Source: Verrucomicrobiales bacterium
GTDB taxonomy: Bacteria > Verrucomicrobiota > Verrucomicrobiia > Verrucomicrobiales > SLCJ01
Assembly (NCBI GenBank): GCA_046075565.1
Contig: JBJTQJ010000082.1
Location: forward strand, 1-64,000
DNA length: 64,000 bases
Reading direction: 5' to 3'
Shown here: one piece after another, positions 48,783 to 58,274 of the stretch
How the letters are laid out: each line of letters starts with the position of its first letter
How positions within the stretch are numbered: the first letter of the stretch is position 1
The notes under the pieces: generated by a model
Seen by the model: the letters and a program-made list of their open reading frames with translations, nothing else
What the model was told of the DNA's origin: nothing
Databases searched by the model: none
Position numbers and translations under genes: made by a program

Positions 48783-49511
48783 TCACACGACGGCGGGGCG
48801 GAGGGACTCGGCGAGGCCGCGGAAGAAATGGTAGCCCCAACCCCATTGGTCGTCGCCGGACCAGTCAGGATCGTAGTGGTGGCGTTTGTAGATGAAACGC
48901 TCGGGGTGGGGCATGAGCCCGAAGACACGTCCATTTTCGCTCTGCACGGCGGCGATAGCATGCGTCGAGCCGTTGATGTCGCTGGTGTAAGTGAGGGCGG
49001 CAAGACCACTTTCGAGGTATTCGGCGGCGCGGTCGCCCGGGGCCACGAACCGGCCTTCCGCATGAGCGACAGGCAGTTCGAATTCATCGGGCAAGCACGC
49101 GAGGAAGGGGCTGCGTCGATCGACGACCTTGAGACCGGCCCAGCGGCACATGAAGCGTCCGCTGGTGTTGTCGATAAGGCTTCCTTCGGGAAGGAGCCCG
49201 AGTTTCACGAGGATCTGGAAACCATTGCAGACACCGAGCACATGGCCACCGGCAGCGGCGAAATCCTTGAGGGCGGAGCCCAAACGCGCTTCCATCTGGA
49301 GCTGGGCGATGCGCCCGGCCATGACGTAGTCGCCGTAGGAAAATCCACCGGAGAGCAGGACGAGGTCCACATTTTCCAGCGATGCCGGGGAAACGAGGCT
49401 GATGGGCAGGATGGTCGTGCGGAAACCGACGGTTTCGAGGGCGCGGGCGGACTCGGCGTCGCAGTTCGTGCCGGGAAACTTGAGGAGCAGGGCGTGGGGC
49501 TGACAATCCAT
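48783..49511 (-). CDS. purQ: Phosphoribosylformylglycinamidine synthase glutaminase subunit
   Basis: FPGTNCD, GGFSYGDY, GVCNGFQIL, PVAHAEG, LMPHPER. Confidence 0.95.
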   Translation of the reverse strand: MDCQPHALLLKFPGTNCDAESARALETVGFRTTILPISLVSPASLENVDLVLLSGGFSYGDYVMAGRIAQLQMEARLGSALKDFAAAGGHVLGVCNGFQILVKLGLLPEGSLIDNTSGRFMCRWAGLKVVDRRSPFLACLPDEFELPVAHAEGRFVAPGDRAAEYLESGLAALTYTSDINGSTHAIAAVQSENGRVFGLMPHPERFIYKRHHYDPDWSGDDQWGWGYHFFRGLAESLRPAVV

Positions 49512-49576
49512 TCTACTTCGAACATGCCATGGGCGATGCCGCTTGGCAAGCGGCCCGACCCGGGTATGATGCCCGG

Positions 49577-50614
49577 ATGAACGACCTGATCGATATCCTG
49601 AATGCCGGCGGCGACCTCTCGGCCGAACAAACCGCGGCCGCGGCGCACGCCCTGCTGGATCCAGAGCGCACGGATGCAGGGCGGGCCGATTTCCTGCGGG
49701 CGCTTTCCCGCAAAGGGGAAACCCCGGTTGAGATCGAGGCCTTCGCGAGGGTTTTTCTCGATCACGCGGTGAATCCCGATCTGCGGGAAGAGGACTTGCC
49801 TGGCCCGATGCTTGATATCGTGGGCACGGGTGGCGATCGGCTGAATCTTTTCAATGTGAGCACGACAAGCATGTTCGTCCTCGCAGGAGGCGGAGTCTGT
49901 GTGGTGAAACATGGCAACCGCGCCATCACTTCGAAAAGCGGCGGTGCCGATGTGCTGGAAGCACTCGGGGTGAAGATCGATCTGCCACCCGAGCGCCTGG
50001 CCGAAGGTGTGAAATCCGCCGGACTGGGTTTCCTTTTCGCCCCGCTCTATCACCCTGCTTTTAAAATGGTCGGACCGGCCAGAAAGATGCTCGCCGAAGA
50101 AGGAACGCGGACAATTTTCAACTTGCTCGGTCCCTTGTTGAATCCGGCGCGCCCGCCCCGCCAACTCATCGGTGTGGCCGAAGCCTGGTTGGGACCGATT
50201 TTCGCCAATCAAATGGAGCGGCTCGGGCGGGAATCGGCGTGGATTGTCCATGGCCGCACCAATGATGATTGCGGGATGGATGAGGTTTCGCTGGTCGGCC
50301 CGACGCAGGTCTGGCAATGGAATGGCCGCGCTCATTCCGAAGCGACGATCTATCCATGGCAGTTCGAACTCGACGGTTGCGCGCTTGAGGAATTGCGCGG
50401 AGCGGATGCCGCCACGAATGCCGGCATCACTCGCGGGATTCTTGATGGTTCCATCCGTGATGGTCGCCGGCGAATGGTTGTTTTCAATTCCGCTGCCGGG
50501 TTTGTCGCCGCCGGATTGGCCAAAGATATTTCGGCCGGGCTCGCGCTGGCCCGCAAGTCCATCGACTCGGGCGCCGCCGAGAAGAAACTCGCCGCGCTGG
50601 TTGCTCTATCTTGA
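49577..50614 (+). CDS. trpD: Anthranilate phosphoribosyltransferase
   Basis: DIVGTGGD, FNVST, KHGNR..TSKSGGADVLE, RTIFNLLGPL.NP. Confidence 0.96.
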   Translation: MNDLIDILNAGGDLSAEQTAAAAHALLDPERTDAGRADFLRALSRKGETPVEIEAFARVFLDHAVNPDLREEDLPGPMLDIVGTGGDRLNLFNVSTTSMFVLAGGGVCVVKHGNRAITSKSGGADVLEALGVKIDLPPERLAEGVKSAGLGFLFAPLYHPAFKMVGPARKMLAEEGTRTIFNLLGPLLNPARPPRQLIGVAEAWLGPIFANQMERLGRESAWIVHGRTNDDCGMDEVSLVGPTQVWQWNGRAHSEATIYPWQFELDGCALEELRGADAATNAGITRGILDGSIRDGRRRMVVFNSAAGFVAAGLAKDISAGLALARKSIDSGAAEKKLAALVALS

Positions 50615-50651
50615 ATTTCCTCGATTCTCCACGAAATTGTCTCTCCACGAT

Positions 50652-51743
50652 ATGCAAAGTCCTAAAGAAACGCCTTTGAAAGAAGCCCACGTGGCCGCAG
50701 GAGCCCGCCTCATTGATTTCGCCGGATGGCTCATGCCGGTCCAATACACGGGCATCCGCGAGGAACACCTCGCCGTGCGTTCGAAGTCCGGTATCTTCGA
50801 CATCTCGCACATGGGTCAGTTTTTTGTCGAAGGCCCGGGCGCGCGCGACTTTCTCAACCGTCTCCTAACAAACGATCTTACCACACTTGATCCCGGCCAG
50901 GGACAATACACTCTCATGCTGAATGAAAAGGGCGGGGTGATTGATGATCTCATCGCCTATCGTCTCGGCGAGGAAAATTGGTTCCTCGTGGTCAATGCCT
51001 CGATGATCGATGTGGATGCCGCGTGGATGAAATCGCATCTTTCCGGTGATGGTGTGGTTTTCCGCAACGAAAGTGATGCGTGGGCGGGATTGGCCGTGCA
51101 AGGCCCGGAAGCGGTCGCCGCTTTTGAGGCGGTGGTCGCCGGCCAGCTCGCCTTGCCTCCGCGCAATGGCATTGCCCGCGGGGATGTCGGCGGGGACAAT
51201 GTGGTCGTATGCCGCACCGGCTACACCGGCGAGGACGGGTTCGAATTTTTCTGCCCGGCCGCCCATGCTCGCCGTTGGTGGGATGCCTTCCTTGCCGCCG
51301 GTGTCGCGCCCTGCGGACTCGGTGCCCGCGACACGCTGCGTCTCGAGATGGGCTTCCCGCTCAATGGCAATGATCTTTCGCCCGACCGCACGCCGCTCGA
51401 AGCGGGATTGAAAATTTTCGTCAAGATGGACAAACCGTCATTCATCGGACGTGACGTGCTGTCCGGGCAATTGGAGAACGGCCTGCCGACACGTTTGGCG
51501 GCAATCAAGGTTGTCGAAAAGGCCCCGCCGCCGCGCCCGCATTACCCCGTGCTGCACGAGGGTGTGGTTGTGGGCGAACTCGCCAGCGGCGGACTCGCCC
51601 CGAGCCTCGATGGGGTCGGCATCGGCATGGCCTATTTGCCTCCCGAACTCGCCACCCCCGGCACCAAACTCGCCATCGACGTGCGCGGCCGCGCCATCGC
51701 CATCGAAGTGGTGAAGAAACCATTTTACAAACGCCCCGCCTGA
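50652..51743 (+). CDS. gcvT: Glycine cleavage system aminomethyltransferase
   Basis: FAGWLMPVQY, FDISHMG, RTGYTGEDGFE, GLGARDTLRLEMG. Confidence 0.97.
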   Translation: MQSPKETPLKEAHVAAGARLIDFAGWLMPVQYTGIREEHLAVRSKSGIFDISHMGQFFVEGPGARDFLNRLLTNDLTTLDPGQGQYTLMLNEKGGVIDDLIAYRLGEENWFLVVNASMIDVDAAWMKSHLSGDGVVFRNESDAWAGLAVQGPEAVAAFEAVVAGQLALPPRNGIARGDVGGDNVVVCRTGYTGEDGFEFFCPAAHARRWWDAFLAAGVAPCGLGARDTLRLEMGFPLNGNDLSPDRTPLEAGLKIFVKMDKPSFIGRDVLSGQLENGLPTRLAAIKVVEKAPPPRPHYPVLHEGVVVGELASGGLAPSLDGVGIGMAYLPPELATPGTKLAIDVRGRAIAIEVVKKPFYKRPA

Positions 51744-51763
51744 TCGTGTAGTTTCCGACCATC

Positions 51764-52138
51764 ATGAGCATCCCGACCGATCTCCGCTACGCCAAATCGC
51801 ACGAATGGGTCCGCCTCGAAGGCGACACTGCCACTGTCGGCATCACCGATCACGCCCAGGCGGAATTGACCGATGTCGTTTTCGTCGAATTGCCCGACGT
51901 CGGGCGTGCCGTCGAAGCCGGTGATCCCTCGGCGGTCGTCGAGTCGGTCAAAGCCGCCAGCGATATTTATTCGCCCGTGGCTGGCGAGATCATCGAGGTG
52001 AATACAGCCCTCGAAAGCAATCCCGCCCTCCTCAATACCGACCCACACGGCGAAGGCTGGATCTACAAATTGCGCGTCAGCGGCGATGTGCCCGCCGACC
52101 TCATGGATGCCGCCGGCTACGAGGCGTTCATCGGCTAA
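51764..52138 (+). CDS. gcvH: Glycine cleavage system H protein
   Basis: [25 protein letters not shown] lipoyl motif. Confidence 0.97.
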   Translation: MSIPTDLRYAKSHEWVRLEGDTATVGITDHAQAELTDVVFVELPDVGRAVEAGDPSAVVESVKAASDIYSPVAGEIIEVNTALESNPALLNTDPHGEGWIYKLRVSGDVPADLMDAAGYEAFIG

Positions 52139-52150
52139 GCCGTGGTGCCT

Positions 52151-52376
52151 CAACGCTGGTCACTTGGCACAAAGATCGAGATCGCTGACCGTCTTTAGCT
52201 TCTTCGAATCATCCCTGCGGGGCAAGAGCGAGACGCTCTTGCTACGATGGACATGGCCGATCAAGGGGATTTCGTCTGCGAGCATCCACTGGCACAGTAG
52301 CAAGACCGTCCCGGTCTTGCCCTGAATATTGGTCTTCATTCGTTGAATCTGGCGCGAGACATGCCAGACAGGGTTC
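52151..52376 (+). mobile_element. ~215-bp MITE/REPIN-like element, copy A
   Basis: Inward-facing GTAG REP pair (52222-52245, 52297-52320); aligns over its length with 57948-58190 and the reverse complement of 62555-62770. Confidence 0.7.
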
Positions 52377-52776
52377 AATCCTCCCCGGGCCGCCTGCGCC
52401 CGGCTTTGGTTTGCGAGCGGTGTTGCTTGGCCTCGCGGCGACGGCGTTTTTCGCCGGGCGAGGGTCTTCGGGTTTCCACCCGTTTGAGGGCGCGCAGGCG
52501 TTGACGTTCGAGGCGGGCGGCCTCGGCGATTTCCTCGAAGCGCTGGCAGAGGATTTCCCTCGCCCGGATGCGGTTCGCTTCCCGGAAACGCGATTCCTGG
52601 CATCGCGATTCCTGACCGCTCGGCCGGTGCAAAATGCGCACGCACACACTGGTCTTGTTGATCTTTTGCCCGCCCGGCCCGCTGCCCAGGGTGAATTGTT
52701 CCTCCAAGTCCTCCTCGCGCAGACCGACGGCAGCCATACGCTTCAACAAGGCGGAAGGTGGAAATGCTTCGGGCAT
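52375..52776 (-). CDS. Peptidyl-tRNA hydrolase domain protein (ArfB/RF-1-like rescue factor)
   Basis: GSGPGGQKINKT, CQESR..N, basic C-terminal tail. Confidence 0.88.
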   Translation of the reverse strand: MPEAFPPSALLKRMAAVGLREEDLEEQFTLGSGPGGQKINKTSVCVRILHRPSGQESRCQESRFREANRIRAREILCQRFEEIAEAARLERQRLRALKRVETRRPSPGEKRRRREAKQHRSQTKAGRRRPGED

Positions 52777-52946
52777 GACAAAGGGAGGAGGAACCACTCC
52801 ATGCCATGGAATCAGACCGGGTGCAATGGCGGAGTTGGATCAGGGTTTTCACGATGACGATGCGCGCTTGAAGAAATCACCAAAATCGCAACCCTCCCGG
52901 AAGATTTTTCTCGCCATGAGGTGGCCAATCATCATAGAATCGCACC

Positions 52947-53117
52947 ATGGAAACCGTGCAAGTGCAATGTCCGAGTTGCTACGAGTTCTTCGAGGTGGTG
53001 GTTCCACCGCCGGAAGAACAACCGTGTGAGCTCGACTACGACTGCGAGGTCTGCTGTCATCCCATGGTCCTGCGGATTTCCGCCGACCTGGCCGAGGCAC
53101 ACGGGCTCGCGGAATGA
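52947..53117 (+). CDS. Small CPXCG-type cysteine-rich protein (56 aa; absent from ORF track)
   Basis: METVQVQCPSCYEFFEVVVPPPEEQPCELDYDCEVCCHPMVLRISADLAEAHGLAE; CPxC...DCxVCCxP pattern; TAGAAT 6 nt upstream of the ATG. Confidence 0.85.
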   Translation: METVQVQCPSCYEFFEVVVPPPEEQPCELDYDCEVCCHPMVLRISADLAEAHGLAE

Positions 53118-53196
53118 CGTTCTCTATCGTTTCCCGCCCGACTCCCGGTCGAAATGACCGGACTTGCTGGACGGTTGATACGGTTTAGATTGGGGC

Positions 53197-53793
53197 ATGC
53201 CCAAGCTCAAGCTTCTGCTGGAAAACAACCGTCAATGGTCGGAGAAGGTCCGGAGGGAGGATCCGGAATTCTTCCCCACCCTCTCCGCCCAGCAGAGCCC
53301 GCGTTACCTCTGGATCGGTTGCGCCGACAGCCGCGTGCCCGCCAACGAGATCGTCGGGCTCAAGCCCGGCGAGTTGTTCGTGCACCGCAACGTCGCCAAT
53401 ATCGTCGTGCACACCGACTTGAACTGCCTCAGCGTCCTCCAATACGCCGTCGATGTCTTGAAGGTCGAGTGTGTGCTGGTGACCGGCCACTACGGCTGCG
53501 GGGGTGTCAAAGCCGCCCTCGAGAACGCGCAGCTTGGGCTGATCGACAACTGGCTGCGGCACATCCAGGATATCGCGCAAAAACACGCTGCCGAGCTTGA
53601 TGCTCTGGAAGGCGGTAAAAAAGTGGATCGTCTGTGCGAACTGAACGTGCTCGAACAAGTGGACAATCTCGCGCGCACAACCATCCTGCGCGATGCCTGG
53701 GCCCGCGGACAGGACATCACGGTGGCCGGTTGCATTTACAGTCTCAAGGATGGCTTGCTGCGCGATCTCGGCGTGCGGCGGAATGCGATTTGA
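53197..53793 (+). CDS. can: Beta-class carbonic anhydrase
   Basis: [32 protein letters not shown]. Confidence 0.96.
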   Translation: MPKLKLLLENNRQWSEKVRREDPEFFPTLSAQQSPRYLWIGCADSRVPANEIVGLKPGELFVHRNVANIVVHTDLNCLSVLQYAVDVLKVECVLVTGHYGCGGVKAALENAQLGLIDNWLRHIQDIAQKHAAELDALEGGKKVDRLCELNVLEQVDNLARTTILRDAWARGQDITVAGCIYSLKDGLLRDLGVRRNAI

Positions 53794-53838
53794 TCCGGAT
53801 TCCCGTGACAGATGGGGATTTCGTAGCATTTTATCCCC

Positions 53839-55041
53839 ATGCGTGCTCGTTTGCTTTCCCTGACCCTCCTGCTTTTTTGGGGTTGCCTGCCGCTGTGGGC
53901 CAATCCTCCGGCGAATTTCCCCCCGGTGCCTGAATCACAGGCAGCTCCGGCCGTGCACCCCGGTGTCAAAATGGCGGAGGCCGTCAGCGCGACCACCGGC
54001 CTGGCCATTTCCCCATTGTTCGGGATGGGCGCGGTCGGCGCGTGGCAATACGCACACTGTGCCAAAGAAGCCCGTGCCGCCTTGCCATGGCACGCGCATC
54101 CATGGTTCTGGGTCACCGCACTGGTCATCGTCGGAGTGCTGGCGCTCAAAGAACCCGTGCTCTACTTTTTGCCCGGGGCCAAGAAGCCTCTCGATCTGCT
54201 GGAGGTTTTGGAAAACAAAGCCAGCATGCTCGTGGCCGCGCCCATCGTCTTGCATCTGGCCGAAAAGAGCTTCCGTGAAGCAGCGGCCGCACCCACCGGA
54301 GTGGTCGCGGCCGGATTCGATGCGGGACCCGTCGCACTGACCGTGCTGGGTTCAATCGGGTTGCTCTGCATTTTCTTTTGCGTCTGGATGGCCGCCCATG
54401 CCGTGAACATGCTCATCCTGCTCAGTCCTTCGGCCACCCTCGACATGATGTTGCGCGGCTTCCGCACCAGCATCCTCGGCGGTGTCGCCGTTTCGGCCTG
54501 GGTCAATCCATGGCTCGGCCTCATCGTCGCCATTTTGGTCATCCTGCTGGCCATCCGGCTTTCCGGTTGGTCGTTCCGGCTCATGGTCTATGGCAGCACG
54601 GTGGCGTGGGATTTCACCAGCGGCCGCCGCGTGAAAGAACCCGATGCCAAAGGCCGGATGCGTGCCTTCCTCAACCGCGCCAGCAAAGACTTGCCGCGCC
54701 GCAGCCGCGGATGGCTCCATCTCGGCACCACCGGCGAAGTCACCTTCACCGGGCGCGCTTTGCCGTGGATGCCTGCGCGAATCATCACCATTCCCGCCAG
54801 CGAAGCGAGGATCGTGGAAACCCTCACGGGTCCCGATCTCGTCGTCGCGCAACCGATGCCGGCAACCTTGCTCGTCCTTCCGCCGCGTTACCGCGGAGCG
54901 GAAGAATCAATCGCCCGTGCCCTCGGAATCAGCGTGGGTGAAGCGGGGGCGTTCGCACGCGCCTGGCAATCCGCCACCGGATGGTTGCGCCTTACCCTCG
55001 GCTCCGCCCCGGCACCGCGAGGTCCGGAGCCGATCACGTGA
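53839..55041 (+). CDS. Hypothetical membrane protein
   Basis: Signal peptide, several TM helices, 400-aa ORF in expected position. Confidence 0.75.
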   Translation: MRARLLSLTLLLFWGCLPLWANPPANFPPVPESQAAPAVHPGVKMAEAVSATTGLAISPLFGMGAVGAWQYAHCAKEARAALPWHAHPWFWVTALVIVGVLALKEPVLYFLPGAKKPLDLLEVLENKASMLVAAPIVLHLAEKSFREAAAAPTGVVAAGFDAGPVALTVLGSIGLLCIFFCVWMAAHAVNMLILLSPSATLDMMLRGFRTSILGGVAVSAWVNPWLGLIVAILVILLAIRLSGWSFRLMVYGSTVAWDFTSGRRVKEPDAKGRMRAFLNRASKDLPRRSRGWLHLGTTGEVTFTGRALPWMPARIITIPASEARIVETLTGPDLVVAQPMPATLLVLPPRYRGAEESIARALGISVGEAGAFARAWQSATGWLRLTLGSAPAPRGPEPIT

Positions 55042-55142
55042 TCCATGCGCCCATGCCATCTCTTTTGTAAACGGATTTCCAGCGATCCGCCACTCCATAG
55101 CTCAAGGCAAGCCCGACCAAGATTCAGCACCCATTGATAGCC

Positions 55143-56519
55143 ATGAACCAAAACCTGATTACCACCACGACAAGGCGCTCCTTTCTCAGGCAAAGTGCCG
55201 CCGCCCTCACTGTTCCCTTCGCGGCGCCGCTCATCCTGGCCGAGCCTGTCACCGGAGCGAATGCGAAACTCAACCTCGCATGGGTCGGTATCGGCAATCA
55301 GGGAGGGGGCGATCTCAGGAGTTGCGCCGATGGCAACAACATCGTCGCACTTTGCGACTGCGACCCGAGCACGTGGCCTAAAATGCAGGAGAAATTCCCG
55401 CAGTCGAAGTTCTACAAGGACTTCCGCATCATGCTCGCGGAAATGGGCGACAAGATCGACGCGGTGGGCGTCGGCACACCAGACCACACCCACTTTGCCG
55501 TTGCCTACATGGCCATGAGCATGGGCAAACACGTCTTCGTCCAGAAGCCACTGGTGCATTCGTTATGGCAAGCCCGCACGTTGCAAAAACTCGCCGCTGA
55601 GAAGAACCTCATCACCCAGATGGGTAACCAGGGCCACGCCTCCGAAGGCGCGCGGCTGATCAAAGAATGGTATCAGGCCGGCCTCGTTGGAGAGGTCCGC
55701 GAGGTCATTGCATGGACCAATCGTCCGAAAGGCGGATGGGGCTTCAATGGCACTTTAAAGACCGAATTTCCCGCCGAAGAACCTCTTCCCGAAGGCTTGG
55801 ACTGGGACATATGGCTCGGTCCGGTTGAGAAGAAGGTCCACTTCAGCAAGTTCCTTCATCCGACCACGTGGCGTCCTTGGTGGGATTTCGGCTGCGGCGG
55901 ACTCGGCGACATCGGTTGCCACACCATCGACACCGCCTACTGGGCGCTCGATCTCGGTGCTCCCGAAAGTGTGGATGTCGAGATGCATGGCGAGGTCAAC
56001 CCCATCCACACCGCGTTTGGCTCGATCGTCACCTTCAATTTCCCGGCGCGCGGCAACAAGCCTCCGGTGAAGGTCAAATGGTATGAAGGACCCAGCGCTC
56101 CCCAAGCGCCTGCTGGTTATGATGGCCCCATGGGTGGCGAAGGTGGCATGATCATGATCGGTGAAAACGGCGGCATCTGCCACGCGGGCATGCGCCCCGA
56201 CCGTCCGCAACTCTATCCCAACCAGAAGTGGGAAGAATACCGCGCCAACGCTGACAAACGTGTGCCCAAAACCATTCCTCGGGTCAAGGGCATTCACCGG
56301 GATTGGATTGAATCGGTGCGCAACGGCACGCCAGCTTGTTCGGATTTCAGCTACTCCGGCCCGATGACCGAAGCCATTCTGCTCGGCGCACTCGCCATCC
56401 GCACCGGCAAACCCCTCAAGTGGAATGCCGAAACCATGGAAATCACGGGAAATCCCGAGGCAGCAAATCTCATCAACCCCCAAGCCCGCAAAGGCTGGCG
56501 TCCAGAAGATCTGGTGTAG
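55143..56519 (+). CDS. Gfo/Idh/MocA oxidoreductase, Tat-exported
   Basis: TRRSFL; GIGNQG, TPDHTH, HVFVQKPL, QMGNQ, LDWDIWLGP, GDIGCH. Confidence 0.93.
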   Translation: MNQNLITTTTRRSFLRQSAAALTVPFAAPLILAEPVTGANAKLNLAWVGIGNQGGGDLRSCADGNNIVALCDCDPSTWPKMQEKFPQSKFYKDFRIMLAEMGDKIDAVGVGTPDHTHFAVAYMAMSMGKHVFVQKPLVHSLWQARTLQKLAAEKNLITQMGNQGHASEGARLIKEWYQAGLVGEVREVIAWTNRPKGGWGFNGTLKTEFPAEEPLPEGLDWDIWLGPVEKKVHFSKFLHPTTWRPWWDFGCGGLGDIGCHTIDTAYWALDLGAPESVDVEMHGEVNPIHTAFGSIVTFNFPARGNKPPVKVKWYEGPSAPQAPAGYDGPMGGEGGMIMIGENGGICHAGMRPDRPQLYPNQKWEEYRANADKRVPKTIPRVKGIHRDWIESVRNGTPACSDFSYSGPMTEAILLGALAIRTGKPLKWNAETMEITGNPEAANLINPQARKGWRPEDLV

Positions 56520-57008
56520 GGCGATCTACACCGGTAAACGATGGGTGGCCATTCCAAACATGCGACTGCTCGTTTGGCCTGAGAATTTGCAGCGTTGATG
56601 GTGCTACGGGAAGGTTATATGACTTTAATGGCGAGCTTTTTACTTCGAGCTTGCAGCTCGAGCCGGAGTGACAGAAAAGCAAACGAAGAAAATTCTGCCG
56701 TGTCCGAAAGGTCCGAATCGTCCGAAGAGGTGGCGAGCCGCAATCCGCTGAGAGAACCGGAGGAGTTTTGGCAGAAAGATGTGGGGCAAAAAGATGGATA
56801 GAATGGCGGAAAAGTTGCCACCGGCAAGATGCCGCTGGTACACTCCCGAAGGGGAGAACGGGCGCGGTGTTACGACAACTCCGGTTGTAGATCAAAGGGT
56901 GAAAGGGCGAAATCGAGCCGCTTGCCTTGGAAATCTTTTACTTCCGATCCGAAAGATCCATCTGTGCGGGCGGGCGGCACGTTTCCTGTCTGTCAACCCC
57001 CGCAGATC

Positions 57009-57944
57009 ATGAATCTTCCTACGACCGAACCGCATCCCTCCGCCGAGGCTCTGCTCGCGATTTGTCATTTTGCCGCCTTCGCCGATGGCGAGAAGTCGGA
57101 GAGCGAACGCGCGCGTCTCGATGCCCTTGCCCGCGAGCTGGGTGAATCGGATGTATCCTCGATCTCCAGGCGAATTCTGATGGGGCGCTTATCACTCGAG
57201 AGCGCCGTGGCCGGATTGGCGAGCCAGGATGATCGTTTGTTGGGCTACGAAATGGCGCGGGTGATTTGCGAGAGCGGCGGCGACCTCGGGAGCGCCGAAA
57301 AGGAATTTCTCTCCGAACTCCGCGTTCGTCTTAGCCTCGGCGAAGCGCAGACTCAAACCATCGACACGGAGGTGGACGCGGTGGCATTGGCTCCGGTGGA
57401 ATCAGCCTGGCCGCCTCCCGCCGTCGCCGATCAGAGCGGCATGATTCTCCGTTACTCCGTTCTCAATGGCGCGCTTGAACTCCTGCCGCAGACCATGGCC
57501 ACCATGGCCATTCTTCCTCTGCAGATGAAAATGGTCTGGCGCATTGGCAAGGCGTTTGGCCATGAACTGGATCGTTCGAGCATCAAGGAATTCATCGCCG
57601 CCGCCGGCATTGGCATCGGTTCACAGGTCATCGAAGGATTCGCCCGCAAGCTCATCGGCGGATTCGGGAAAAAACTCGGTGGCAAACTCGTGGGCCGCAT
57701 CGCCAACGAAGCGACGGGTTCCGCTTTCTCCTTCGCCTCTACCTATGCCATTGGTCATCTGGCAGTGAAATACTATTCCGGCGGACGCAAACTCGGCGGA
57801 TCCGAATTGAAAGCGCTCTACACGCCCTTGGCGAGCGAAGCCAAACAGCTCCATGCCCGCTACGCGCCGGAAATCCAGCAACGCGCCCGCACCCTCGATG
57901 CCACCAGCATCATGAACCTCGTCCGCGGCAAGGACGCGGTTTAA
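57009..57944 (+). CDS. TerB-like / DUF697(YcjF)-like protein
   Basis: AAFADGEKSESER TerB-like N-terminus; PLQMKMVWRIG..FG and Gly-rich helices. Confidence 0.7.
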   Translation: MNLPTTEPHPSAEALLAICHFAAFADGEKSESERARLDALARELGESDVSSISRRILMGRLSLESAVAGLASQDDRLLGYEMARVICESGGDLGSAEKEFLSELRVRLSLGEAQTQTIDTEVDAVALAPVESAWPPPAVADQSGMILRYSVLNGALELLPQTMATMAILPLQMKMVWRIGKAFGHELDRSSIKEFIAAAGIGIGSQVIEGFARKLIGGFGKKLGGKLVGRIANEATGSAFSFASTYAIGHLAVKYYSGGRKLGGSELKALYTPLASEAKQLHARYAPEIQQRARTLDATSIMNLVRGKDAV

Positions 57945-57947
57945 GCA

Positions 57948-58190
57948 CAACGCTCTTTACTCGGTAAACTATCAATGATTGTCTCCTGCTCCATCGCCTT
58001 ATCCCTGCGGGGCAAGAGCGAGACGCTCTTGCTACGGCGGGCATAGCAAATCAAGGGGATTTCGCCTGCGGGCATCCTCCGGAGCCGTAGCAAGACCGTT
58101 GGAGCCTTCGAAGCCTTGGCGAAGTAGGCCCGGTCTTGCCCAGAAAACTGGTCTCCATTCATTGAATTTTGTCCGGCATAAAGAACCTTA
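57948..58190 (+). mobile_element. ~215-bp MITE/REPIN-like element, copy B, with a 29-nt nested insert (58100-58128)
   Basis: Same REP doublet and spacer as copy A; ends CAACGCTCTTTA / TAAAGAACCTTA are partly complementary. Confidence 0.72.
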
Positions 58191-58274
58191 GGTTAGATGG
58201 TCTTCAACCAGAAAGAGAAGCGGATGGTTTGACCCGCCCTCGCATTTCTCCGGCAGCCGTGCCATGTTCGGAGG

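Noticed and set aside
50615..50651. Glycine riboswitch before gcvT
   Set aside because: Only 37 nt separate trpD and gcvT
52151..52376. Target-site duplications around element copies A and B
   Set aside because: Flanks show no direct repeat; only copy C has one
56595..56801. Short ORF or c-di-GMP riboswitch in the intergenic region
   Set aside because: ORF is built from repeat fragments; no GEMM consensus recognisable
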